A stretch of 64,000 bases of DNA from Candidatus Aenigmatarchaeota archaeon (GCA_016187335.1 JACPJW010000002.1:32510-96509), one strand, 5' to 3'; numbered from the stretch's first letter, positions 17,709 to 27,352 are shown. The notes: generated by a model from the sequence alone, not told the origin. Program-made: numbers and translations.

Positions 17709-19364
17709 CTACACACTTGTGTTTTTCCTGAGCTCGAACCACATGAAGCGGTGGCCGGTCAGCGTAAAGGAGTAAGGCTCTTTCTTAATAGCTGGAAAAT
17801 TGGTGTTGCCGAACATCTCAACCGGAATCATGCCGGCGTATTGGCCAAGATTTAGCTCAAAATACTGAGCGTGCCTTGACAGGTTAAAGATGCATAAAAT
17901 TCTTTCATCATCGTATTCTCTTATGAACGCCAGTATTTTTGTGTTGGAAGGCTTCAGGATTTCTATATAGCCCCTACCAAATGCTTTTTTTTGCTTGCGG
18001 ATTCCGATGACATTTTTCATCCAGTTCAGAAGCGAGTAAGGAAGCCTTTTTTCGGCGTACACATTTATTGCTTCATAATGATAATTTGGGTTTGTGATAA
18101 CAGGCAAATAAAGCTGTTCTGAGTCGGCGGAAGAGAACCCTGCATTCTTGTCAGGTGACCACTGCATGGGAGTTCTGACGCCATTGCGGTCTCCCAGAAA
18201 GATGTTGTCACCCATGCCAAGCTCGTCGCCGTAATAAATTAATGGACTTCCAGGCAGGGAAAACAACAAGCCATAAAGCAGCTCAATTCTAAGGCGGTCG
18301 TTGTCAGCCAGCGGCGCAAGCCTTCTTCTGATGCCGAGGTTGAACCGCATCTTTGGGTGCTTTGCGTATTCGCGCCACATTACGTCCCTTTCCTCGTCGT
18401 TAGTCATCTCTAATGTGAGTTCATCGTGGTTTCTTAGAAATATGGCCCACTGGCAGGCTTCCGGTATGCTCTTTGTCTGGTTAATGATATCCGCTACGGG
18501 CTGATAGTGCTCTTTTGCAAGAGCAATAAATATCCTTGGCATGAGCGGAAAGTTAAACAGCATATGAAATTCGTCGCCGTTGCCGAAATAAGAAATGGCT
18601 TCCGTGGGCCATTGGTTTACCTCTGCAAGAAGTATTCTACCAGGATATTCCTCATCAAGCATTTTCCGGCCTTCTCTGAAGAATAAGTGCGTTTCAGGCA
18701 GGTTTTCGCTGCTTGTGCCGTCCCTGTCAAAAATGTAAGGCACTGCATCACACCTGAACCCGTCAATTCCCGTATCAAGCCAGAAGCGCATCACATTTTT
18801 CATCTCTTCCCTTACTTCCGGATTATCGTAGTTCAGGTCAGGCTGGTAACCATAGAATCTGTGCCAGTAATACGCCTTGGCTTCGTCGTCCCACGCCCAG
18901 TTGGACTTTTCCGTATCGCTAAAAATAATCCTTGCCGAAATGTTCTTTTTGTTGGTGTCAGACCAGATGAACCAGCTCTTTTTCTGCGACTCTGGATGGC
19001 TGCGCGCTTCTTTGAACCACGAATGCTCACTCGATACGTGATTGAAGACAAGGTCTACAATTACTTTGATCCCTCTCTTGTGAGCCTCGTGGACAAACAC
19101 TCTGAAGTCTTCTATTGTGCCAAGATCGGGATGGATGCTGTAGAAGTCGGAAACGTCATAGCCGTCATCCTTGAGCGGGGATGGGTAGAACGGGAGTAGC
19201 CATATGCAATCTACATCCAGCCACTGGAGATAGTCCAGCTTCGTAGTAAGCCCTTTGAAATCCCCTACGCCATCACCATTGCTGTCACAAAATGTTCTTA
19301 CATGCAGCTCGTAGAATACAACATCCTTGTACCAAAAGTTGTCGCTTTTGTTGCCGGCTTCCAT
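17709..19364 (-). CDS. treS: Trehalose synthase (maltose alpha-D-glucosyltransferase, GH13)
   Basis: WYKDVVFYELHVRTF, YWHRFYGYQPDLN, GFRCDAVPY, FLRNHDELTLE, DRNGVRTPMQW. Confidence 0.95.
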   Translation of the reverse strand: MEAGNKSDNFWYKDVVFYELHVRTFCDSNGDGVGDFKGLTTKLDYLQWLDVDCIWLLPFYPSPLKDDGYDVSDFYSIHPDLGTIEDFRVFVHEAHKRGIKVIVDLVFNHVSSEHSWFKEARSHPESQKKSWFIWSDTNKKNISARIIFSDTEKSNWAWDDEAKAYYWHRFYGYQPDLNYDNPEVREEMKNVMRFWLDTGIDGFRCDAVPYIFDRDGTSSENLPETHLFFREGRKMLDEEYPGRILLAEVNQWPTEAISYFGNGDEFHMLFNFPLMPRIFIALAKEHYQPVADIINQTKSIPEACQWAIFLRNHDELTLEMTNDEERDVMWREYAKHPKMRFNLGIRRRLAPLADNDRLRIELLYGLLFSLPGSPLIYYGDELGMGDNIFLGDRNGVRTPMQWSPDKNAGFSSADSEQLYLPVITNPNYHYEAINVYAEKRLPYSLLNWMKNVIGIRKQKKAFGRGYIEILKPSNTKILAFIREYDDERILCIFNLSRHAQYFELNLGQYAGMIPVEMFGNTNFPAIKKEPYSFTLTGHRFMWFELRKNTSV

Positions 19365-19462
19365 GAATTACATACATCAGCTTGTTGCTTAAGAAGTTAA
19401 TGCTACTGTATGAGGATAGAATTATTTATGACCTTCCACATGCGCCTACACTTCTTCTGTTT

Positions 19463-19858
19463 TTAACCCTTTTGACTATCCTTTTCCTCTACTATCACCG
19501 CGTTGACGACGCCGTGCTGCCCGGGCCTTGAAGTTACCCTGGCTTTGCCAAGCTCCGTCTGCACGACTGCTCCCTTTGTTATGATATTGCGCCTCACGAA
19601 CTGGGAATCCGCCTTGTTTTCAACAACGCTCGTTATCTTCACTTTTTGCGCCTTGCCTTTAACAACGATATTAGCAACATTGGAACTCAGCGCCATGATT
19701 TTCTCGTTGCCTCCCATGGAGCGGATTTTCCTTTTCTTGTATTCTCCTACGTGGGCAGGGACGAAATCGCGGCCGCGCTGGTACCGCTTTTTCTTTGCGT
19801 GCCTTTTCAGCAGGCCGCCTGTTTTCTTCCTGTTGCTTCTTAATTGCCATTGCGTCAT
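19463..19858 (-). CDS. rps8e: 30S ribosomal protein S8e
   Basis: RKKTGG, RRNIITKGAVVQTELGKARVTSRPGQHGVVNAV. Confidence 0.97.
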   Translation of the reverse strand: MTQWQLRSNRKKTGGLLKRHAKKKRYQRGRDFVPAHVGEYKKRKIRSMGGNEKIMALSSNVANIVVKGKAQKVKITSVVENKADSQFVRRNIITKGAVVQTELGKARVTSRPGQHGVVNAVIVEEKDSQKG

Positions 19859-20072
19859 TTTGAAAACCTCTGTTTTTCGAAAGAAGTGTCATTCTAATGA
19901 ACACTTCATGATTAATCACTCCTGTCAAAACGGAGCGGAAAGTTGTTTCAGAAAAGATCCGGGCTTTTCTTTCCGTTTTTGATATAGAGTCGTCTCCATG
20001 TCTTTCTTTCGCAAACTTATTTAAACATACTTACATCTATAAACGTATCTTTTATGGAGGTTTTAGGATTTT

Positions 20073-20300
20073 ATGGAAAGACCGATAGACGTTCTTAACA
20101 ACGCGAAAGGCAAGAGGGTTCTGATAAAGCTGAAGAAAGGAACGGAAATCTCAGGCATCCTGCATGCAATGGACCTGCATCTCAACATGTGGCTTGAGGA
20201 CGCCGAGCAGGTAAGCGAGGAAAAGAAAGTGAAGCTGGGGACCCTTCTGGTGCGCGGAGACAACATAATTTATGTTTCTCCGGCCGAGAAAGCGGATTAA
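20073..20300 (+). CDS. Sm/Lsm-family RNA-binding protein
   Basis: RPIDVL..G.L.A.DLHLNMWL..LLVRGDNI Sm1/Sm2 motifs; upstream of rpl37e as usual in archaea. Confidence 0.95.
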   Translation: MERPIDVLNNAKGKRVLIKLKKGTEISGILHAMDLHLNMWLEDAEQVSEEKKVKLGTLLVRGDNIIYVSPAEKAD

Positions 20301-20409
20301 GAAAAACGAAAAGACAAAGCCGTTTGATTGAAAGACGAAACCTGAGTCTTTGTTTCCGCTTTAGTGAAAGGGAAATGCACGCTCACATGCAGTTTTCAGA
20401 GTGATAAAA

Positions 20410-20655
20410 ATGAAAGGCACGCGCAGCTTCGGCAAGCACAACAAGATTGTTCACATACGATGCCGAAGGTGCGGCCGCCATTCCTTCCACGAGCGCCTCG
20501 GCAAGTGCAGCGCGTGCGGATACCCGCGGGCAAAGATAAGAAAGGAAGCATGGCGCTGGAAGCCTGTGAACCGCGCAGCCCGCCGCTTCATTAAGCCGAA
20601 GCACCAGAAGCCGAAGACGAAATACATTGGCAGGCAGACAGCGAAGATAAGATAA
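20410..20655 (+). CDS. rpl37e: 50S ribosomal protein L37e
   Basis: KGTRSFGK, HIRCRRCGRHSFH..CSACGYP; ATG 20410 after GTGA. Confidence 0.96.
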   Translation: MKGTRSFGKHNKIVHIRCRRCGRHSFHERLGKCSACGYPRAKIRKEAWRWKPVNRAARRFIKPKHQKPKTKYIGRQTAKIR

Positions 20656-20657
20656 AT

Positions 20658-20852
20658 ATGCCAAAACTGTCCAGGATCGACAAGCTTGTTCTGAAGGCAG
20701 GAAAGCAGAGGAAGAAAGCGGGAAGATTCTGTCCCGTCTGCAAGGGCACTGACGTTGTGCTTGACGCAAGGATGGAAATGATCTGGTATCGGTGCCGTAA
20801 ATGCTCACACAGCGCCGCGTCGTTCCCGGAGAAAGCCGTTAATTTTGGTTAA
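20658..20852 (+). CDS. Small zinc-finger protein
   Basis: CPVCKG and CRKCSH pairs; 2 nt after rpl37e. Confidence 0.7.
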   Translation: MPKLSRIDKLVLKAGKQRKKAGRFCPVCKGTDVVLDARMEMIWYRCRKCSHSAASFPEKAVNFG

Positions 20853-20900
20853 ACTTTTTGGAAAAGTTTAATTTATAAGCCGGCGCGACAAGGGATAATC

Positions 20901-21086
20901 ATGAACCCGTCAACCCTGGAGAAATTAAGCGCCCTGTCGTTCCTGCTTATCGGCATTTCTTTGCTTTTGTTCGCCATGACGCTGGTAGGCGTAAACACGC
21001 AGTTTTTGGGGATTGCAATGGTCGTTTCGGGCATAGTTGCTGTCATAACAGGCGCGTTTTTGTGGCTTGACAGCAGGAAGCAGTAG
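20901..21086 (+). CDS. Small two-TM membrane protein
   Basis: Two hydrophobic helices in 61 aa. Confidence 0.65.
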   Translation: MNPSTLEKLSALSFLLIGISLLLFAMTLVGVNTQFLGIAMVVSGIVAVITGAFLWLDSRKQ

Positions 21087-21194
21087 ACCCTTTGCAACTT
21101 TTCAGAAAAGTTGCATCAAAATGGAGAAAGCGTCTGCGGAAAGAAAATACATTAAAAATCATGTACGGAAACTTCGTTTTCTGGGCAAAGAACA

Positions 21195-21202
21195 TTTAAA
21201 AG
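21195..21202 (+). promoter_or_regulatory. TATA box of tRNA gene
   Basis: TTTAAAAG about 25-32 nt upstream of tRNA 5' end at 21227. Confidence 0.6.
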
Positions 21203-21226
21203 ATATTACACTGATTATTTCTGCAC

Positions 21227-21426
21227 GGGCCTGTAGCTCAGATGACCCTTTGCACCCTTTTTAGAAAAAAGCGTGCACGGAAAAGGGAGGGTCAGAGAAA
21301 CCTGGTAGAGTAGCGGCCTCTTAATATGGCGAAAGCCTTTAAGGGAAAGGAGTTAACCTAAGAGGAAAACCGTAGGTTGTCTCTCTGGTAAGCCGCCTGT
21401 CGCGGGTTCGAATCCCGTCGGGCCCA
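21227..21426 (+). tRNA. tRNA-Lys(CUU)-like gene with two introns (about 21242-21300 at 15/16 and about 21324-21390 at 37/38)
   Basis: Acceptor GGGCCTG/CGGGCCC, D-arm GCTC/GAGT, anticodon stem GCGGC/GCCGC, T-arm GCGGG-TTCGAAT-CCCGT; removing 59+67 nt gives a 74-nt cloverleaf; no encoded CCA; isotype less certain than the tRNA itself. Confidence 0.85.
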
Positions 21427-21443
21427 TCCCTTTTTATCCCGCC

Positions 21444-21953
21444 ATGACAATGTTTTACATGGGGCTTGTCCGGCTAAGCGATTACCAAGAGTGGATTTCT
21501 CCGCTTCATGAAGCTGAAACCCTTCTTTATTTTGCTTTGCATAAAACCGAAATAGAGCAGACTGCAAACGCCATACTGGCTGAATACCAGACGAACGGCT
21601 TCCACGCCGAAGCTATTCCATGCAGGCGCGTCGGTGTGAAAGGCGACGCGCAATCCTATGAATTCGCCATTTCTGTCAACGGTTTAAAGCCTGACGGTTC
21701 CGAGATTGCGAAGATTGCGGCAGGTATATGCAGGACAAAGAGAATGTCCATAAGGGAAAGGTGGGCCGCAATGAGAATGCCCTACTCTACGGTTGCTGAT
21801 GAAATAGCAAGCAGGCTCACGAGCGAGGTAAGGAACGTGAACACAATTCTCTGGGAAGTGAAGCCGAACAGCAGAAAGAGTTTGCGCCAAAGGATATATA
21901 GCGCTGCCGCACAGTTTTATCATGCAGTCCGCTATACAGCATTTCCTCTTTGA
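21444..21953 (+). CDS. Stand-alone GMP synthase C-terminal-like domain protein
   Basis: IPCRRVGVKGDAQSY and IASRLTSEVRNVNTILWEV resemble the GuaA C-terminal VGV.GD.R.Y and I.N.V..VNRV motifs. Confidence 0.6.
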   Translation: MTMFYMGLVRLSDYQEWISPLHEAETLLYFALHKTEIEQTANAILAEYQTNGFHAEAIPCRRVGVKGDAQSYEFAISVNGLKPDGSEIAKIAAGICRTKRMSIRERWAAMRMPYSTVADEIASRLTSEVRNVNTILWEVKPNSRKSLRQRIYSAAAQFYHAVRYTAFPL

Positions 21954-22794
21954 CCTGAAGAAGGAAATAAAAAAATCAGCTGTGCGCAAGGACATTGTTT
22001 CCGTCATCCTCATCGGCAGTGCAGCGCGCGGCGACTGGGTGCGCGGCAAGAGCGACGTGGATTTTTTGGTTGTTGCAAAGTCAGGCAAAGAAAAAAGAAA
22101 GGTCTCGTCTTTTTTCCGGAAGGCTTTGGACAAGCTCAACAAAAAGCATGACCTTCGTCTGGAGGATTCATGCACGGACGAGAAGAAATTCCACAATGCA
22201 ATATTGAATGCTGTTTTGAAATTGGAATCAGGTTTTCTCTTCGGCGTTCCGTTTTACGTGATATCGCAGGAAGATTTTGATTTGGTGAAGAAAAAAATCA
22301 GCGACAGGAAGATATGGTTCATGATGACCTTTGTCGCTTCATTGTCATCGTTCCTGAAAAACATCAAAGAGACGGGAAAGGTTGTTTACGGCGCTGATTT
22401 GGTCAGGGAAATAAAAGAATCGCGCCTTTCGTTTTTTGACCATGTCAAGATATTCCTTGTTCCTTATTACATACTTGCCTTGGGCTTTCTTTCCCTTCAC
22501 GACGGCAAGACAGCAATGAACCACGCTATAAAGGCGTGCCTGCTGGAAGCCGACGATGAATTGCTGTTATTGGAAAGGCACCTGGGCAGCTACGATAAGG
22601 ATGAGCATGCTTACGAAAGAATTTTCTCGCGCCTGCCGTACAACATTGAGCATCTGAAGAAATGCGTGGAGTACAGGAAGAATTTTGCAGGCATTAACCC
22701 GAAATTTTTCGGGACTTTATCATTCCTTTTCCATTCCTTTTTCTTCATTTTAACAAGCCATTTATTTTACCTGCTTAACCTTGTGAAGCGATGA
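21922..22794 (+). CDS. Nucleotidyltransferase (Pol-beta superfamily) with helical C-terminal domain
   Basis: ILIGSAARGDWVRGKSDVDFLVV (GS..DxD). Confidence 0.85.
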   Translation: MQSAIQHFLFDLKKEIKKSAVRKDIVSVILIGSAARGDWVRGKSDVDFLVVAKSGKEKRKVSSFFRKALDKLNKKHDLRLEDSCTDEKKFHNAILNAVLKLESGFLFGVPFYVISQEDFDLVKKKISDRKIWFMMTFVASLSSFLKNIKETGKVVYGADLVREIKESRLSFFDHVKIFLVPYYILALGFLSLHDGKTAMNHAIKACLLEADDELLLLERHLGSYDKDEHAYERIFSRLPYNIEHLKKCVEYRKNFAGINPKFFGTLSFLFHSFFFILTSHLFYLLNLVKR

Positions 22795-22832
22795 GAAAAG
22801 TTTATTATCTGCAATAGACAAATTAAATTGCG

Positions 22833-23114
22833 GTGATAGTGTTTAAAATGAAAATCCCCGTGTCTGCCGAAGGAACCGAATTTGACGTTAAAGTCAGGCA
22901 AACTCATGGGCTGAGCGAGAGGGAATCCCGGGAATTGCTAAGGAATGCTTACGTAAGGGATATAGTTGAAGGATACTCACTCCGGGATCTTGTTTCCATA
23001 TGCGATTACATCGACCGGTTCATGGAACATCCTAATCACATGTACCTTAGAACCAAAATTTTTGGCAGGATAAATGAAATAAGGCTCGAACTAGGCCTTG
23101 TTTCCCTGCATTAG
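22833..23114 (+). CDS. Hypothetical protein
   Basis: 93-aa ORF in gap. Confidence 0.5.
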   Translation: MIVFKMKIPVSAEGTEFDVKVRQTHGLSERESRELLRNAYVRDIVEGYSLRDLVSICDYIDRFMEHPNHMYLRTKIFGRINEIRLELGLVSLH

Positions 23115-23515
23115 CACACGTCGCACTGCGCGTCAGGGCAGTCCGCTTTGACGCGCGCGCAGCATGATTCCTTGTTCGCGCGGCTGAATTCGTTGCCGCG
23201 GCACGCGTTGCAAAGGCCGGAACACAGGATGTCCTTCGTCTCGACGCAGCATTGCTGGTAAAGGCACGAATAGTCGCCGGCAGTGTCGCCGAAAAGCACC
23301 CTGCACGAGTCCATGAACCCTGTGAAATCGCTCCGCTGCCGCACGGACCAGTCGCACTTTTCTTTCTTGTAATCATCGCACGTGGAATAGAATATCCTGT
23401 TCGCTTCCGTCCTGCTCAGCTGTTCGCCGGACTGCTGGGAAAAGAAAATGTAGAAGGTGGTGAGCAGGAACGCGACGAGCGCAACGGATATTATAACCTT
23501 GAACGGAAGCTCCAT
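23111..23515 (-). CDS. Small Cys-rich exported protein with pilin-like hydrophobic N-terminus
   Basis: MELPFKVIISVALVAFLLTTFYIFF, then a domain with many Cys. Confidence 0.75.
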   Translation of the reverse strand: MELPFKVIISVALVAFLLTTFYIFFSQQSGEQLSRTEANRIFYSTCDDYKKEKCDWSVRQRSDFTGFMDSCRVLFGDTAGDYSCLYQQCCVETKDILCSGLCNACRGNEFSRANKESCCARVKADCPDAQCDVC

Positions 23516-23579
23516 ATGTTATCTATGCAAGGAAGCGGGATAAATAATTATCAAGGCTGAAGCAGCAGTTCTGTTTTTT

Positions 23580-23879
23580 CTAAGCTCCAAGAAAATATAG
23601 TTCCACTAAATGAACTTCATAATGTGCGCTCAGAGGTGTGCCATCATCTAAGTGATGGTCATCCGTAATACGATGGGTACATCCAAGATCGCAATAAGCG
23701 TTAGGGGTTGGATTCGTTCCTCGAACAGCCTTATCAAAATCTCCAGAATACCAAGGGAGCCAGCCGGTCTGCATCTTGCATTCTATTGTTCTTAATGGCG
23801 GTGACCTTCTGAACCTAATTCCATCCGAATCTATCAGAAAATTTCCATCATCTGACAACGTCAGTTGTTTTATCCTCAT
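23580..23879 (-). CDS. AT-rich 99-aa hypothetical protein
   Basis: ATG 23879 preceded by GGAGGAG; AT-rich; the track's 5' extension to 24251 overlaps the upstream gene. Confidence 0.6.
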   Translation of the reverse strand: MRIKQLTLSDDGNFLIDSDGIRFRRSPPLRTIECKMQTGWLPWYSGDFDKAVRGTNPTPNAYCDLGCTHRITDDHHLDDGTPLSAHYEVHLVELYFLGA

Positions 23880-23893
23880 TATAGTCTCCTCCT

Positions 23894-26800
23894 TTACCCA
23901 AAGCGATAATTCCACCAGACCTTGAGCGCTGATATGCGTTCTTTCAGGTTTTCGCGGAAATGGTACGCAAGGCCCGCTGCAAGGATGAGGAACGCTATCA
24001 GGATTACGTTGAAAATCATCGAGCTGTCCGTGTTTTCCGTGACCTGCTGATCGTCGTCCAGCGTCCTCAGCTGCGCGGGCTGGTCGACCCTGAACGCCCT
24101 TCCGGATGAAATGGAAATGCCGTCGCGCACATCCTTGGCAACAACGTAGTATGACTGCTCGCCCGACCTTTCCGCATTGTAAACGCACGTCCCTGATATG
24201 CCTTCGAATGTCAGCGAGCACAATACGCTGCTGCACGTCTCGTCGCCGCATACAGCAGCGGATGCAATAGCATCGCCCTCGGGGTCGATTATGTCGGCAT
24301 AGAATGCTATCTGCTCCCCGATTTTCGCGAGCGGCGGGTCGTGCGCGATGTTCGCCATGTAAGGCGGCGCGTTTGTCAGGGCGCTTATAATCGTCACGTA
24401 CTCAGCAGTCCTTTTTCCGTCGCCCGCGCTTTGTATTTCCACGGTGTTCTTCTGCTCGTCCCCTTCCGCTTTCGTTCCTGGAACAACCCTCACCCTTATT
24501 TCTTTCTGGGCGCCTGGCTCGAGCCCGGTCTGGTAGCTTTCCTGGCCGTCAATGAATATCTTCGTTCCGTTCGGGTTGAAGGCATAGCTGTCCGTCTCGG
24601 GGCCCTCGTTCCTGAGGATGCTTATGTAGTCAACAGACGCGCCCCCTTTTGAGGTGCCCAGGCTCTTCAGGGGGTCGAAAACAAAGCTGTGCTTTCCCGA
24701 GCAGTCCTTTACCCAGTCGCAGGCATCTCCGCATTTCATCACGCATCCTTCCTCGTCCGAAGGCCTTTCATCGCCCTCGTCGCACGTTGCGCCGCATTTG
24801 TCGGCGACGCATTTGTAGGCAAAATCGCTTTGTACGCACGAGCATGCGCTGCAGATGCCTGTTTCGCTCCTCTCGCCGTATTTCTTCGTCGCATCGTCGC
24901 ATATGAACGGTGTCTGGCTGCATGCGTTTTCATTTGCCTCGCACTCTTCTCTTTCACCCTTCACACCGTCGCCGCATCCCTCTATCCTTGCCGTGGCTGT
25001 TTTGCTCTTGGGCTCGGCAGGAACGCAGTCGGCTGTAGGAAAAACATAGCCGCTGACGGATACCTGGCCCGCGGCTGAAGGGCATTCGAATGCTGTTGTT
25101 TCGGCAGACTGCCTTATTTTCCTGCACTCGGCTGTTCCTAGCCTGCAGCCGACGCATTGCGCCGTCCGGCTTGTCCTGACACTGCATACGATTCCCGAAG
25201 CTCCTTTCGCGGCCGCCACGTCCTGGACGAATATTTCCCTGCTGAATGCGTCAAAGCTGAGCAGCGCTGATTCATCATGGACCTCGCTGCTGCAGTCAGA
25301 TTTCAGCGAGCCGATAACCCTGCACCTGAACTTCCAGTCGCCGCTTGCGTTTATGTCGTGGCTCAGTGAAGACGAGCTCAGGGTTCCCTGCGGTATGGAA
25401 GTGCACGAGCTTCGCTCGCGCTCTGGTCGGCCGCTGGGGCTGACAAAATCGCACTCAACGTATCCGTAATAGTTCACATTGCCGATGTTCTTCACGTCAA
25501 CCCGCGCCGTGGCTTTCTTTCCGACCTCAACGTTTCCCGGCGGCTCAATCTTGTCTATGTGCAAAATCCCTAATGTTGTTTTGCAGTAGGTGCTGAAGGT
25601 ATTCTCTATGAACAGCTGCGTCTGCAGCGCCCTCGCCCTTGCCAGCGTCGTGTTCTGCTTGCCCGGGAATTCTATGACGCCGTTAAGGAAGCTGGCAAAA
25701 TCCGTTATGTTGTCCGCTATCAGCTCAAGCCCCTGGCTGCACGGCTGGTACTTTGCCTTTTCCGTCGTATTTGACGTTCTTCTGATTATTTCTTCCAGGG
25801 CCGAATGGGACTTTTCGTATTCCGTCCTCGCCTTCAGGAAGTCGTCCCTTATATCCAGTATTTCATTCAGGTTCACGAACGGGCATGCGTAACTGTAATT
25901 GGCTGAAACAAGCGTCTTGCCGACGCTCTTTGCCGCCATGTAATAAACGCCTTTCGTGTCCACGCAGCGCGCGTCGCATTCAGTGCCCAGCGATGAGCCG
26001 CATACGCATGGTTTCCCGGCGCCGCAGTTATTGCTGACGAAAGCCGCCTCGCACTCCGCGGCTGTTGAACCGCGCCTGCAGACAATGAACCGGGTTGTCA
26101 ATGAGTCAATATTAGCCTTGAAATTAACCCCCCAGTCCAGCTCGCTTTCACATCTGCCGCTGCATTTTATGTCCGTCAGCGGGCAGTCCACGGCGCAGCT
26201 TCCTGATGCTCCTTCTTCGCCCACCTGGCATATGCCGTCGCCGCATAATGTTATTGTATAAGAAATGAATGACGATGTCGTCGTGTTTGACAGCGTTGTC
26301 ATCCTGACTTCTATCTGGTGTGCGCCCTCATCAGGCGTTGAGTTTGGCTGTATTTCCAGGGAAACCTGCTTGCTCTCGGAAGGTCGTGTCACGACAGACC
26401 TGCTCGACAGCTTCGGCACCCAGCCGGAAGGCGCTTTCACATCCAGGATATAAGCCGAGGAAGGAAAAGTGCTCGGGTTGTTATCCGTTACCGTTATCGT
26501 GAAAAATCCCCGCTGGTCAGGCGTTCCCTTGAACGACTGCGGCGTTACCGAAAGCGTCGGCGCATTGGAAGGCGTTATAATATAGATTACTGAGGCGACG
26601 CTGGCGATTTTCAGCTTGGTGTTCACGGCGGCGACCTTTATTTCATACCTGCCCGCGGCGGTTCCCTGCGGCGGCGCCACGGCAAGAGGTATTGACTGCG
26701 AAGCCCCTGCCTTGAGCTGCACCTGGCTCACTGTCTCCGCGCTCCATCCTGTCGGCGCGGAAACGGCGAACTGCAGCAGGATGTCAACGGGCAGGGGATT

Positions 26801-27352
26801 TTTTACAAAAACCTCGAAGGCGGCGGGCTGCGCGTTTGGGAACTGCGCCTCGGGCGGGTTTACCTCAACCTGTATTGAAGACACGTCGAACGTGACCAGG
26901 CTCAGTATGTTTTTCTGTCTGCCTGAAGCAGCGGCGCCGCACTGGCTCAGCGCATTGCAGCCGACGCACCGCGCGCCTAATGCCGCATCCTGGCAGGTGT
27001 TGCTGCACGAAGAAGACGAGCCGTCCCTGCAGATAGCGGATGTAACGCCGCACGAGCTGCAGGAAACTATGCTGGTTTCTGTGTTCCCGCTGAAATCAAC
27101 GCACGTCTGCGTCTCGCATATCTCGCCACCCCTGCACGAAGTTCCTGAAAAGCAGAACTTTGCCGTCTGCTCCTGTGCAGCAGACGGGGAGGCAAATAAT
27201 GAAAAGAAAACTGCAGCAATTATGATAACAATTAATCCAGTAAAGCGGAAGGATTTAGAAAAGCCGGAGGCATGAGTTCGTTTATTTATTTCAAAATCAA
27301 GCTTTCCCTTCCGTTCTGGCAAACTTTCAAAAATTTCTGGCTTCTTTTCCAC
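23894..27352 (-). CDS. Large Cys-rich cell-surface protein with Ig-like domains and C-terminal TM anchor
   Basis: Hydrophobic N-segment, beta-rich NEW3/CARDB-like repeats, CGDGIC module, helical bundle, C-terminal MIFNVILIAFLILAAGLAY plus basic tail. Confidence 0.85.
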   Translation of the reverse strand: MEKKPEIFESLPERKGKLDFEINKRTHASGFSKSFRFTGLIVIIIAAVFFSLFASPSAAQEQTAKFCFSGTSCRGGEICETQTCVDFSGNTETSIVSCSSCGVTSAICRDGSSSSCSNTCQDAALGARCVGCNALSQCGAAASGRQKNILSLVTFDVSSIQVEVNPPEAQFPNAQPAAFEVFVKNPLPVDILLQFAVSAPTGWSAETVSQVQLKAGASQSIPLAVAPPQGTAAGRYEIKVAAVNTKLKIASVASVIYIITPSNAPTLSVTPQSFKGTPDQRGFFTITVTDNNPSTFPSSAYILDVKAPSGWVPKLSSRSVVTRPSESKQVSLEIQPNSTPDEGAHQIEVRMTTLSNTTTSSFISYTITLCGDGICQVGEEGASGSCAVDCPLTDIKCSGRCESELDWGVNFKANIDSLTTRFIVCRRGSTAAECEAAFVSNNCGAGKPCVCGSSLGTECDARCVDTKGVYYMAAKSVGKTLVSANYSYACPFVNLNEILDIRDDFLKARTEYEKSHSALEEIIRRTSNTTEKAKYQPCSQGLELIADNITDFASFLNGVIEFPGKQNTTLARARALQTQLFIENTFSTYCKTTLGILHIDKIEPPGNVEVGKKATARVDVKNIGNVNYYGYVECDFVSPSGRPERERSSCTSIPQGTLSSSSLSHDINASGDWKFRCRVIGSLKSDCSSEVHDESALLSFDAFSREIFVQDVAAAKGASGIVCSVRTSRTAQCVGCRLGTAECRKIRQSAETTAFECPSAAGQVSVSGYVFPTADCVPAEPKSKTATARIEGCGDGVKGEREECEANENACSQTPFICDDATKKYGERSETGICSACSCVQSDFAYKCVADKCGATCDEGDERPSDEEGCVMKCGDACDWVKDCSGKHSFVFDPLKSLGTSKGGASVDYISILRNEGPETDSYAFNPNGTKIFIDGQESYQTGLEPGAQKEIRVRVVPGTKAEGDEQKNTVEIQSAGDGKRTAEYVTIISALTNAPPYMANIAHDPPLAKIGEQIAFYADIIDPEGDAIASAAVCGDETCSSVLCSLTFEGISGTCVYNAERSGEQSYYVVAKDVRDGISISSGRAFRVDQPAQLRTLDDDQQVTENTDSSMIFNVILIAFLILAAGLAYHFRENLKERISALKVWWNYRFG

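Noticed and set aside
21318-21391. Self-splicing group I intron in the tRNA anticodon loop
   Set aside because: At 67 nt it is far too short for a group I catalytic core
21227-21426. Primary assignment as tRNA-Thr(GGU)
   Set aside because: The acceptor lacks the Thr C2:G71 pair and no good BHB was found for a 31-34 intron; kept only as an alternative in the findings
23880-24251. 5' extension of the 223-aa ORF 23580-24251
   Set aside because: Overlaps the 1152-aa gene on the same strand; a better ATG with GGAGG SD lies at 23879
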